A DNA stretch of 64,000 nt from Octopus bimaculoides (Eukaryota), in assembly GCF_001194135.2 (NCBI RefSeq), contig NC_068982.1, positions 163,872,095-163,936,094 on the forward strand. The letters run 5' to 3'. The position numbers and the translations under genes are program-made. Under the pieces are notes generated by a model that saw nothing but the letters and a program-made list of their open reading frames with translations, did no database searches and was not told where the DNA came from. Below are positions 11,471-24,394 of this stretch, piece by piece (the stretch's first letter is position 1; each line of letters begins with the position of its first letter).

Positions 11471-11716
11471 ATCTGTTAATTTTCGCATTTGGATTTTAAC
11501 TCGGAATTCTCCCTTTGAACTTTCCATATATTCTTGTGTGCTTTAATATTAGCAGATCTGATGTGACGAACCGATCCTGTATGTACAAATTTATATGATT
11601 ATACCGAGAAACATTCTGTTGTGCCTTAGGCAAGTGGTCTTTATTTTAGACTCCAGTTGATCAATATACTGTGTGGAATTTGGTTTGGATGATGGAAGCT
11701 GAGTGGAAACTCACTT

Positions 11717-11756
<40 letters not shown>

Positions 11757-12590
11757 AAGACATGTGCGCGCGCCCACACACACGTGCACATACAGACACA
11801 CACACACTGAACATGTACAGCTTACACATACATGAAAATCCTTGCTCTTGAATGAAATTCTATATTTGCTTTAGAGTGACTTATGTATACTCACCCATTA
11901 CTGTTAATCTGTAACTGTATTGTTGGAAGCCTGTAACCAGCGAAGCTATTGCTAACTAATTATGATATAGAATGTGTAAATAAGAGGAAGCAAAGCAATG
12001 ATAAAAAAAAAACTCCACAAACTCTGTTCAGTCCAAGCGAATCCATTTCATTGATGTTACGGTGTTCAGGCCAATGTGTCACTTCATTTGTCATTGGGCA
12101 CAGACTTGGACACTGCAGCTCATTATGAGAGAAAGGAAGAAAAAAGTGGAGGATCTATCTCAGTGTCTTCGCTCACGACTGATGAATTATATATTGACAA
12201 GAATACAGAATAAAAAAAAAGAAAAGTATTGGTTATTGAATAGCCAAAGAAGCCAATTTTTAAGGTTCTTGGAGAATTTGGAATTGTATTAGCTATTGTG
12301 TGTAATTAAATTTTTGATATTTTCTTGAAAGCTAAATGGAATGAATTTAAATTGAATAAATTTAGTGAAAAGTGTTCCTTAATTTTACTCAATTAGTTCA
12401 AAGATGAACTAGAAGAGTAACGAAACTAGGCGAGACAATATTCTTTTAACACACTAAATAAGTTTACAATTTTTTCGGCTATTTTCTCTTTTTTTATTCA
12501 TTCATTATTTATTTATTCATTTATCATTTGTTCACCCTCAGAGAATTGCAGAAGTCAGGTTTCAAAATTGCATACACTACTCTTCCCCAC

Positions 12591-12657
<67 letters not shown>

Positions 12658-12930
12658 TTATTTATATTTCATTATTTCACATGCCGTTAAATGCAGTGGA
12701 TTGTCAGAATCAGTAAAGCACTGGATAAAATGCATTGTGGCATATTACTCTCTCCTTTTACACCTAGAGTTCAAACCTGCCAAGGTACATTGTCATTTGT
12801 TCTTCTGTGGTTCATAGGTCGATAAAATAAGTAATCCTTAAATCCTTTACCACCCACCAAATTCAGCTCTACTCTGTGTTTATGAGAACTATCGTTATTT
12901 AACTTGATGCGTGGTATAGCGGTTTTCGTT

Positions 12931-13593
12931 GGCTGTTCAAGTGCGTTCTTTTAAATAGAAAAACAGTTAGTATGAATCACCATAAGACATTTTTGTGTAT
13001 AAATATATTGTTTATTCTGTGTTCACCTTTTGTGGTGGAAGAATGTAGTATGATACAAAGATATGTGTGTTTACATACAAAGAAAATTTTGCTTTTTGCT
13101 TTTGCATTGAAAGAAGTAACATAATATTTGTATTACAGTATGTATGCATGTGTGTAATGGGAAGCCATTTTGAGAAAGTGTGTGTGATAAAATACCTTCG
13201 TTTACAAACCATATATCTTGTGTCGAGGTGAATAGACATGTGAGTCGCACGTGGAAGATTGCGCGTGGAGCTGCAGAGAAGATATGTGTCTTTGACCAAA
13301 GCCTGACAGGAACTGAGGCAAATTCTACAGTAGACCCAGAACGAGGCTGTTCAAGTGCGTGATATTAAATAGAAAAACAGTATGAATCACCATAAGACAT
13401 TTTTGTGTATAGATATATTGTTTATTCTGTGTTCACCTTTTGTGGTGGAAGAATGTAGTATGATACAAAGATATGTGTGTTTACATACAAAGAAAGTTTT
13501 GATTTTTGCTTTTGCACTGAAAGAAGTAACATAATATTTGTATTACAGTATGTATGCATGTGTGTAAAGAGAAGTCATTTTGAGAAAGTGTGT
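12931..13593. repeat. About 250-bp direct repeat (12931-13183 and 13345-13593) around a 161-bp spacer
   Basis: Near-identical blocks ggctgttcaagtgcg...ttttgagaaagtgtgt. Confidence 0.85.
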
Positions 13594-13734
13594 AGCTTTG
13601 CCACATAGCCTCCTGCTAGACTTGAAAAAGTCAAGAAAAGGTAAAGAGATGGCGCATGTAAACATGCAGTGTAGAAAAGCAGGTAAGAACATGGAATACA
13701 AGCAGAAGAATGCAATACAACAAAAAATGAGAAA

Positions 13735-15712
13735 TCCAAGTGTCTGGTTTTTCTCGGAGAGTACTTGTTAGGCTTCGAGCGCAGGGCAAAGGTGAGTGGA
13801 TAGTGGTCTGTAAAAATCGTGAATTGGCGTCCCTCGAGTATGTGCCAGAAATGTTTGACTGCTAAATACATAGCTAACAGCTCCCGTCCGAAAGTGCTGT
13901 AGTGAGTTTCAGCTGGTTTAAGCTGCCGAGAGAAAAAGGCAAGAGGCTGGAGTTGTTGCTGGTGAAATTGCTGTAACACCACGCCTATGGCGGTGTTGGA
14001 TGCATCCACTACAAAGGAAAAGCTGAACGTCCACGACAGGGTGGGAAAGAAGTGGTGCCTGAGTGAGTTGCTGCTTTGCTGTGTTGAAGGAGTCTAGCTG
14101 GGTGGAGTCCAACGCTATCGGCTCATTCCTCTTTTTGCTATTCCGAAGGAGCGTGTTTAGCGGATATAGGATTTCAGCTGAGTGAGGAACAAAGCACCGA
14201 TAGAAGTTGAAAAGTCCCAAGAAATGTCGGAGCTGACGTAACGAGGTGGATGGAGGTAACTTCTCAGGCAGTGGCGATATGCCTTCGGGGCTGATGATGT
14301 GACCTAGGAAGGTCAAAGAAGATGCGCTGAAGACATATTTGGTAGGGTTGATCCGCACTTGGTAAGTTTTGAATCGCTCGAACAGCTGACGTATATGATG
14401 GAGATGTTCCTCGGGTGAGGCGCTAGCTATCAAGATGTCGATGTACGCATAGATGATGCCTAAGTCTCGGACGACTTCGTTTATGAACCTTTGAAATGTA
14501 ATGGCTGAATTCCGCAAACCAAATGGCATAGTTAGGAATTCGAAGGCGCCAAAAGGAGTGGTCACGGCAGTCTTTGGAATATCCTCTGGATTTATCTGAT
14601 GGTATGACTTAACCAAGTCGAGTTTGGTGAATACTCTGCAGTTGTGGTGAGATGACGCAAAATCCTGATTGTGGGGTATTGGGTATCTGTCAGGCACCGT
14701 GATGGAGTTTAATCTCCTGTAGTCACCAGTGAACCGCCAGTCCTCGGATCGCTTTGGAACCATGTGCAAGAGTGGTGCCCAGGGGCTATTAGAGAGGCGG
14801 ATGTTGCCCAACTGGACCATGTGGTTAAATTCCGCCTTTAGCTTCTTCGAGAAGAGGCGGCGAGGGCGAGAAAAAACCGGAGCACCTTTAGTTTCGATGA
14901 AATGGGTGGTGGTGTGAATTGGAGTAGCAGTAAAAAAAATTAGGTTAGTCAGCTCCGGATATGAGTTTATGAGTGCATGGTATAGGTCGTCTGTGGCAAC
15001 AATGAAAAAGACTAGACTAACCGCAGGGGTTAATGGCCTTTTACCTGGGATAGAAAGTTCTGTGGTCGCGTCCCATAAGCACCGAGTGCGCATGTCCACA
15101 AGCAGGTGAAAGTGGTGCAAAAAGTCTGCACCTAATATTAGGTAAGGGAGATCTGCGACTGTAAAAATCCACTTGAAGTCACGTCGCAGATCTAAATCCA
15201 ACGAACGAGATATCTGGCCGAAAGTTGGAATCGGTGAATGGTTCACCGCCTGTAGAGTCACTGGTGATAACAGCTGCAGAGAATGTGCCGTGCTGGTTGG
15301 TCGTTTTCCTGTTGAGAAAAAGTACAGGGTTTGGGCACGTTTACGTGCTGAATCTTGAAAACTTGGCATGGTATCCGCATATGGATAAATGAGCAGAGGA
15401 CGAGCGACGGCGAGGTGAGAAGGAGCGATCGAAAGAACGCCGTATGGATGAACGTAACCTGCAAGTGCGAAGGAGCTGCGTTTCTCTCGTTAATTCAGCT
15501 ATCGCCTTTAGGATAGCAGCCGAAGCAAAGTCCTTATCAGTGGAAACTGACGCTACTGGTGGGTATACAGCGGTATCCGGTGGTACTGGGGTCGGCTTGG
15601 TGGTGTTGCCGGTATACTCTATGATTCTGTCGGCGGTGGAGGCTGTTTGCTCGACGTGAGTCGTCTCCACCATAGAGGTTAGGATGGCTTGAACGTTAGA
15701 GTGCAACCGGAG
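13735..15712 (-). pseudogene. Ty3/gypsy gag-pol fragment (gag C-terminus, partial protease, RT, RNase H; no integrase)
   Basis: gag ...CGYHAKF; ILGADFL; [28 protein letters not shown] and YID(D)IL with one Asp lost; RNase [19 protein letters not shown] and FTDHYPL. Confidence 0.9.
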
Positions 15713-15769
15713 AAAAATAGTTGTTTCAATAAAGCACAATCAGCAGGTGCATTTTGGGCCAATTCCTAA

Positions 15770-15915
15770 TGGTTCGGAAAAAAAGGTCGATAGAATAAGT
15801 ACTGGGCTTAAAAAAGAATAAGTCCTGGGGTTGTTTTGTTTGATTAAACCCTCTTAAGTGTGTTCCAGCATGGCCTCAGTCAAGTAACTGAATCAAGTAA
15901 AAGAATAAAAGAAAA
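15770..15915 (+). mobile_element. SINE family B, 3' half
   Basis: ggttcgg...gatagaataagtactgggc...ccagcatggcc...aagtaaaagaataaaag. Confidence 0.65.
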
Positions 15916-18900
15916 ATTTCTATAACTTTTTTTTTTAGATATAATGTGTATAGGACAAAATTATCTAATGTGTTCTTAATTTTTGAGATGGTAGGATAAT
16001 ACTTGGGAGTTTAGACAGCTATTTCTACCAAGTAAGACAATCATTTAGAGGTCCCCTTAATAGTTTTTCACTCTTCTGTTGGTGAAAGTTGCTTAAATGG
16101 CAACCATCCTGTTCTCCTTTTCATCTATAGTTCATTTCAAATTACAATATTTTAACGTGTATAAGAAACTTCCTGAGTTTGGGGCGCTTAAAATTTAGAA
16201 AAAAAACTTTTGTAAGGGATTATAATACTATCTATGTATAAGAAAATCCCATATATTTTGAATCTAATTTTTGATTAGAAAAAGGGTTCCTTATACACGT
16301 TAAAATACGGTACATTGCTCAGTGTTTCCCTTCTTTAAGATACTAGAGTTTGTTATGCACAAAGATTGTCTTGTTTTTATCTCTTGAAAACCTTTGTTGG
16401 CTCATTTTTGTTCTATATTTTGAAGAACAGTGAGGTCAGCCAAACTTATAGAATACTAGATAATTAAATATGTCTACAGTTCAGTGTTTTGACAGACAGT
16501 GAAGACTACCAAGCCTGGAGACTTATGGATAGGTAAATAGTCTCACAGTCTCACAGTTCTGTTTTGAAGATCCAGTGAGATGACAAAACTGGTAGAATAC
16601 TGTCTCTACAGGTTTTAATCTATCTTCTCACATTCAGAACAGCATTATGCTTCATCTGTCAAGAATTGATAAAATAGTAACATACTTTTTTGTACTTATG
16701 TATGTAATACCAGATTTACATATAGTGAGGCCTTATGCAAAAAAGCTTAGCAGACCTTTGCTAAAAAAATTCCACTGGAAGGTTTCAAAAAGGAAAATTG
16801 AAAACATATAGGCTATTTAATTATTTTGAGGCCACTGCATATTGTGAGACCTTAAGCTGCAGCTTGTTTATTTGTGCCTAAATCCATCACTGCATGAATG
16901 CTTATATTTTCTTTAGTTTAGTACTTTCATATTATTTCTCAAGAACTCTCAAGAAATCTGATATGGAATATAACAGTTGGTGGAATGGAAGAAGTTAGAA
17001 GTAGTGGAGATTGTTAGGCAAATTTCATGCAGGAAATAATAAATCATTTTCTTATAACAATACTGGAATCATTTCAGTCAAGTCTACATCAGCTTATCAT
17101 GAAGACTGACTGTCTGCCTGCACAGTCAATCAAAATCCTTATTTACATACAGCAGAGGATTGTGGATTGTAGAGATAACAGAAATAGTAAAACATCGAAG
17201 CAGATGTATTTCAGTATTTAGACACATCGTTTTGGTGTGAAGTTCAAATCTTATTAGAATCTAGTGTGTCAGTCAGTTGCTAAAATAATTATCCTTTATA
17301 TACTTGTACTTAAAAAAAAAGCTAATATCATTATAATAATAGAGTGGTATCTTGGCCTAGTCATTACAGTGTCTAGTAAAATGCCTTGCTGTATTTCTTC
17401 TGACATTTTATGCTCAAATCCCATTGCACTTAATCTTTTTGGGGTTGATAACGAAAGTATCATTTGAGTATTTTTAATTGAAAAAAACCCTTCCTCACTC
17501 AAAGAGGCTGGTAGTGGCCTTAAATCTGTGTTAACATTGTACAAGACTCAAACTGTAAAACTGAAGCAACATTTCCAACAGAGAAAAAAAGCTAAGCAAC
17601 TATTTCACTCACGTTTGTGAAACCAAAAATAAAAGCAAATGAAATGTAATATTGCTACTGAAGTTAAGGAGAGACATGAAATAAAACATAAAATCTGATA
17701 CAGATCTTAACCCTCCAAGAAACACTGGAAAGTCCTTTTTAAGAATAATAAGATATGAATAACTATAAACTTGTTCACTGCAAAGATTATATATGAGTAC
17801 TTAAAATGAAAAGCTTAGACTAAATAAACAACAACTAAAGACTGGTATGGAGTGCCAACAACTTTATAACATCTCACTGAGAATGCTGCTTGCCAGTGGT
17901 GCAAGACAAAGATCCCCAAATACCACACCATTTACAAAAAGACAAAAGAATCTGCTATCAATAAAGCGTAGGTTGTGTAAAAGTCAAATGCGAAGATATT
18001 AGCCACATAATTGCCAATTAAAAGAATGCCCTTTAGAAACATCTTCACATGTGGCATGGTGTGGTAATCAGAGCAGTCTGGAATAGAGTGAGAAAGGAAA
18101 AAAGGACAACAAATGATGACAGGGAAAAATAGCATTGGTGGAATTCTAAGAATTAAATCAACCAAACTGATATTATTGTCTGCAACTACAAAATAAAGAT
18201 ATACCCTATTGTGGAAATCAGCTGCTCCCTTGACATCATGTAGGGAGAAAAATACAGGTAAAGGAGTCCTGCTTGATCATTGAAGAGGAGGCTGCAAATC
18301 AAGGGCACAAAAATATACTTTCACTTTTACACCCATTACACTGTGTAACAAAATTAACATTTTTTTTTTTGTCTTTGATCAGTAAGTGTTATTTTTTATT
18401 TGCTTCTATCCAGAAATCAAAGGAAATGACTATTATTCCCTTCAAACTTTGCTTTTGTGACCTGGACATCAATGTTTTGAACCTGACCTATTTTCCATTA
18501 CATTTCAGACAGACTCAGCACTGAGTTGCTATAGTAGAAATATGGTTATTGCAAATACTCTGCTCAGTACCACAGGTTTGCTTGTCAGTTGCTTGACCTT
18601 AACTATTTGAGCATATCTCTTAGTGGCTGACAATATGTATATCTCTGATCATGAGCAAGAGTTGTGGGGGGAGTATCATAGCCATGTGTTGAAAGGGATT
18701 CTTTGGGGTTTGAATACATGTAACAAAAGCAACGTTTGAAGGAAATAGCCATTTTTCATACTTTCTAGGGATAAGCAAATAGAATATAACAGCTGCTACC
18801 CGAGGAAAAATGTCATGTTACACAGTGATATTATTGAAGTGGTAAGATAGGCATCAACTGGCTGGATCAAAGCATAGCTGAACATGAATTCTTGGATAAA

Positions 18901-19314
18901 GAAAGTAGCTTTATAACAATCTACAAGACCTTAGCTTTTAAAAAGTAAATGCTTGCACATAAGTTGCCCATTTCTCATAGAAAAATGGTTTCTAGTACAA
19001 CAATACAACTGAGCATAGGTTGGTTAAATAAACTTCAAAACTCTGATCAAGAAGAGAAAAAAAACAACACAGATAGACAGATAATACATATGTGCTTACA
19101 TACATACAGACAGACAGACTGAGAGACATAGACACAAATACAGAAACGCACACACAGACATGACTTCTATAGCAACAGCAGCATTACAGTATGCCAAAGA
19201 CTTGAGTGAAGAATATAGGTTTCATATAGAAAATTACAGCAGACTTGATGACGTCATAACCAGACATAACAAGACAGTCATGTGCTTATCATCTCTATCA
19301 TCATTTAAACTCTG

Positions 19315-19560
19315 ACATTGGCTGCTTAGGAAGCTTGCACGAGGTTGCTTCACCTCTAGAAGTAGCAGCAAAATGTCTCTCAAATCACTCATTACCAACT
19401 TGAAAAAAGAAGGAATATATTGGATAATGTATTCCAAGATAGAATATAAATAAAAGAAAAACAACAGCAATAGATAAGACAGAATGATCACAGCTGGAAT
19501 GCTTTTTATTCATTGGTCGGCTTGATCAGACCTGACCTTGGGCTAAACAACAATAACAAC
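19315..19560 (+). mobile_element. Retroposon 3' end with (CAA)n tail
   Basis: Ends gacctgaccttgggctaaacaacaataacaac. A related diverged copy is at about 61620-61815. Confidence 0.45.
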
Positions 19561-19789
19561 TGATTGCTTTCTACTTTCCTTTCATACTTTTATCCACCCA
19601 CATACATACACATAGAACACAAACACACACAAACACACAAACACACACACACACACACTTATACCATAGACCAAGATATATACAAATATTGATATTTGTA
19701 AACTTACTGAACATTCATACATCATTCTTAATGTAACAGACCATCAATAAAGTTGGCCTATCTGTCTGAATGCTTGTATATATTATTAT

Positions 19790-19828
<39 letters not shown>

Positions 19829-20282
19829 CCACACACACATATATAAATATACATACACACATATATATATATATACATACATATATATGTATGTACAAAC
19901 ACGCACACACACACTCATATATATACATACAAACACACTTGGACATATATATATATATATATACACACATATATAGNNNNNNNNNNNNNNNNNNNNNNNN
20001 NNNNNNNNNNNNNNNNNNNNNNNNNNNNNNNNNNNNNNNNNNNNNNNNNNNNNNNNNNNNNNNNNNNNNNNNNNNNNNNNNNNNNNNNNNNNNNNNNNNN
20101 NNNNNNNNNNNNNNNNNNNNNNNNNNNNNNNNNNNNNNNNNNNNNNNNNNNNNNNNNNNNNNNNNNNNNNNNNNNNNNNNNNNNNNNNNNNNNNNNNNNN
20201 NNNNNNNNNNNNNNNNNNNNNNNNNNNNNNNNNNNNNNNNNNNNNNNNNNNNNNNNNNNNNNNNNNNNNNNNNNNNNNNNNN

Positions 20283-20317
<35 letters not shown>

Positions 20318-20403
20318 ATATATATATATATATCTATATCACATTTATAATACATATACTATATATCAAATATATAGTACATATGATATACACACACACA
20401 CAG

Positions 20404-20435
<32 letters not shown>

Positions 20436-20894
20436 CAAAGAGAGTGAGAGGGAGAGGGAGAGAGACAGAAAGAGAGAAGGTGTCGAGACTAGACTTTCCT
20501 ATTTAAAAAGAAAATGTTATATTTATATTGAATAAGTAAAATGAAAACTGAAAGCAATGAATATTTTATTAGAAATATATATTATTTTATGTGAAAGCGG
20601 TTAGACTATGTGTTAGTTATAAACACTGATTAGATTCCACGTCTTTTAATTTGGCTGCAAAATTAGTAACATAAACACTCTCCATTCAGAAAAGCAGCAA
20701 TAGCAATATCAGTAAATTCGTTTTTCCGTTTCCTAGTTTGGGTAGAAGGGGTAGTATCCTGGTACCCAGTATCCTTTTCAAACTCTTTCTAGTCGGGGGT
20801 CATAATGATATATACGCATAGGTGAAATTACTGTCTTTTACCTTCAGTCCGAATCATTACAGGTGAAATATAATGCGTGGAAGTTAGTATGTAC

Positions 20895-21050
20895 GTGTTT
20901 ATCTTTTATATTTTACTTGTTTCAGTTATTAGACTGCGGCCATACTGAAGCACCGCCTTGAAGAATTTATAGTCGAACTTATCAATCCCAGTACTTATTA
21001 TTTTAAATTTGTAAAGCCTTTTTGTTCCGAACCGCTAGGTTACGGGGAAA
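20895..21050 (-). mobile_element. SINE family B, 3' half
   Basis: ttttacttgtttcag...gcaccgcc...agtactta...ccgaaccgctaggttacgggg. Confidence 0.65.
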
Positions 21051-21364
21051 AACTTAAGCTCTGTCGCTCTCCAAGTCTGTGGAATACGTTGTACCATCTT
21101 GGCGTTAACGAATAGGCCAAAAAGGTATAGATCGTTGTGCACAATTTTTCAGCACTACAATAGAATTATTGCGTGAGTGGTTCAATTGTTCATTTTATAT
21201 TAATCACTATTGCGTCTCATTGTAGACACAAGTGTTGGGTAAATTGACTGAACGGACGGAACCTCATACGTCGAAATCGACAAGTGAGAGAGGGAGAGGT
21301 AGATAGAGTGAGTGAGAGAAAGTCATACATACATACATACATACATACATACATACATACATAC

Positions 21365-21460
21365 ATGGGGAGAATTCACAAAAAAACAAAAGACGGAGAC
21401 AGGTGGTGTAGAAAACAAACAGATGTATTAGTATAACGCTTAGGAATTGAAAAAGTCTAC
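21365..21460 (-). mobile_element. Possible Penelope-like terminal repeat fragment
   Basis: ggggagaattcacaaaaaaacaaaagac...ggtggtgt resembles PLE terminal repeats from memory only. Confidence 0.3.
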
Positions 21461-23417
21461 ACACATACGTACATTTTTGAGAAATTAGACGTCTCAAAAT
21501 CAGAAAGGAGAAAGCTGATTCGAAGATTACAGATCTAATCCATTACTGGAACTGTGGAAATCTGTAAAATTTTCAAGAAGTTTATTATTTAACTATATAT
21601 GAGCATGTATAGATGTGCAAGTATATGCATGAGAATATATACGTAAAACAAAACATACAAATCTGCACGTATACATACATACATACATACATACATACAT
21701 ACATGCATACAAAAGTACCCTGTTGTTGATATTGAAATTTCCAATGAAGGAGCCTTGGATCTAGGTTAGAAACCGGTACTTTCTCTATTGGCAAGGAATC
21801 TTGAAATAAAACTGAATAATCACATACATTAATGCATACATACAGGCATACATATATTCTTGTTTCCATACATAACAATAATTACTGGTGTACTTAGTTT
21901 GCTTAGTAAATTCCTAAGTGACGGGTCTGGAAAATCTGGAAAACTGAAAATATGAAACATTATTACTCAAGTGTAAATGTAAATTTGTTTTTGTTATCCA
22001 TATTCAAACGATGGAGCTTTGTGTGTTTGTTAGAAACCAACTCCTTCCTTATAGAAATACTTCAAATAATTAAAAATTGAAGAGAACATACATACATACA
22101 TACATGTTGGTTTCTAATTTAAACACATACGCCAAAAATACATTATTTGGTTTGTTACAGGTATCATGATCAAGGTACTGTTGGAGTTTTGCTAGGTGAA
22201 CATGATGCAGATTTTACGTATTTTGTATGTAGCCATACTGATGAAGTATATCTATATAAAACCTATATGAATATATCACATTTGTGTGTATGAAAGATGG
22301 GATAGATTAAGAAGAATAACAGCTGGGGGCGAACTTTGGCTTTCATGCGTCTGGAGTCAATAAATCAAATCGTGGTAATATACTCTGAGTAGATTTAATC
22401 GTTTATATGATACTCTTCATTATGAAATTCTAGTTTTGTGCTGATATATGAAATCATTGAATGTTCGTGTGTGTATTTACATGCACACACGCACGCGCGC
22501 ACGCACACAGAGTTACTGTTACTTGTACGTATAATAGACTCTTGTATGTGTATATGCTTAACTCAAAGTGAATTGTGTGGATAGCCTTCAGATTAAATTT
22601 CTGTTAATTTGGCCACTATTAAAGATAACGTCAATAAATCCCATTCACTCTCTGCACATTTCAGTGTATGAGGTCAATAGTAATTGGCCCTTTAGTAAAT
22701 GAAAGGTTAAATAATTGACTAGTTGTTGCTGTTTATTAGACTCCAGTAACCGCTCTTTGAACAGACTTGTGATCAAAGGAGTTTCAACTGCAACAATCAC
22801 GTTAGTTTTCTCAGCCACAGTATATCATAGACTACACTTTTGAGTACGTCGTTTTTTTTTTTATGATGGTACGAGGAAAATTTTGGTTACTATTTCTTGT
22901 AATTCAAGCAATCAAGCCGTGGCTCCAACGTTATTGTTTAACTCAAGATTAACACTGGTCAAGTAGAGTCAGGAGTAAAGGCATTCAAGTCATCCAGTAT
23001 TTTGTTCAGAAATGATGTATCTAGGGCTATATCATCTAATGTATCTGTTGCTTAGTATGTATGTATGTGAAGCTGCGTGTGAATGATATAACAACACCAA
23101 GCAAACATTTAATAGTAAATTTTATTTCACCGCATAAGTAATATTGAGGTTGGTCATGAATTAGAAAGTTCCAGAACAGGTCAACACAATTGAAGAAATA
23201 AATCAGTAGTATTCATAAATAATTGATTACAAAAGTTCTATACTGAGATTTGTCAAGACAGTAAATATATATACAGTAGATTCATTTCGGTCAACTAAAC
23301 CGACGTATCCAAGGTGAGCAGATAGTCGTAGAAATGACTATTATAAACGGCAAGAGAGTATGTGTAGCAAGTCGGCAGATTATAACGCACTCTGAAAGTT
23401 GGCGCTAAAAACAAGCC

Positions 23418-23493
23418 TTTATATAACCCTTGTAGGGAAATGTTCCAGAAGGATCGAGATTGATCTATCACGCGAAGTCTGGCTGCTGATTGG
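23418..23493 (-). promoter_or_regulatory. Pol II promoter module P1: CCAAT - GCGTG - HSE-like - TATA, pointing left
   Basis: Minus strand: CCAATCAGC (23493-23485), GCGTG (23473-23469), ctcGATccTTCtgGAA (23458-23443), TATATAAA (23425-23418). Local sequence is CpG-rich and not an obvious repeat. Confidence 0.6.
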
Positions 23494-24394
23494 CAAATAA
23501 TTCGACCTCTCACTTGAACAAGGCTGTGCTATGCCATGACATAAACTTCGTAATTTGCCGACTCGGTTTCGAGTCTTGTTAAATGTCCTTCCATCGAATT
23601 ACTGCCTGGTGGGAAGGGAAGTGATCACCCGCAGGAAAAATCAGGCTGTGAATGAAGGAAATGTGACTAGTATTCTATCAAATCGAACGCCCACATAATG
23701 GATTCGCAAATGACTATTGCTATCAGAGTATGTAAGAGAATTAAACAATTAAATTATTTGAAATGTTATACAGTAGTATTATAACCTCAAAGAGTTCAGT
23801 ATGTGTTGGTCTCTTTGATGTTTAAGACAAATATAATTAATCTTGTTTTAGTGTAGAGCAGGGAACTGATTGCCTGCAGGAAAAATTTCGCATGCGTTCA
23901 AATTTGAATCCGCCCACCAAGAAAGTTCTTTAACACCTACCTAAAAAAATAGTTTTAAGTTTAAGACTAAAAGAGTAATTTAATTTATTTTAAATACTCC
24001 ATAAAGCATAAAGAAATTGCTTTTAATAGTAATATTTGTTTTGTGATATTATTAATTAGTCGGAATACATATGGAGTAATGACGTAATAATCACTATTGC
24101 AACCAATTACTATTCAGCATTTGTTCTTCCTCTTTAATACCTCAAAATTCGCATCGCTTGTGGGAATTTATTCTGTCTTATTAGGTATTGATGTCTGTGA
24201 TAAGCAGTCAGTGTGAATTTAAGCTTTGTCCAGGTTAGTTGTCGTCTACGTAATTGCAAATTAAGTGCAATGATTTCGAATGCTGGCAACATTTATGGTT
24301 AAGTTGCCTATTTTAATTAAAGGTTTTAAATCAATATTGTAAAGGGCATAAAAGTAACCTCTTTTGTAATCGTTTTAATATTAAGAAAAGACAA

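Larger units (their letters stand above)
11101..11594. repeat. 494-bp imperfect palindrome (arms about 237 bp, loop about 20 nt); inverted Penelope-type terminal repeat
   Basis: 11101-11337 is the reverse complement of 11358-11594 with scattered mismatches. Confidence 0.9.

Noticed and set aside
12069-12212. Short plus-strand open frame (ANVSLHLSLGTDLDTAAHYERKEEK…) followed by an A-rich run
   Set aside because: No recognisable protein, weak acceptor, and length within chance expectation.
16415-16612. Possible 37-nt micro-exon (acagtgaagac...ggatag|gtaaat)
   Set aside because: It lies within a degenerate ~70-bp tandem repeat, so the splice-like sites are probably incidental.
17932-18200. Hydrophobic minus-strand ORF (…GILLIGNYVANIFAFDFYTTYALLIADSFVFL) with a nearby acceptor-like site
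   Set aside because: No recognisable homology. The plus strand of 16.9-18.3 kb shows faint CR1/L2-like traces, so a chance antisense frame is more likely. Neither reading is well supported.
19753-20535. Long ORFs in the track spanning N runs (also near 27.0-27.7, 29.1-29.6, 31.1-32.0, 53.0-53.3, 55.5-56.0 and 62.1-62.6 kb)
   Set aside because: They are open only because of assembly gaps and (TA)n or (CA)n microsatellites.
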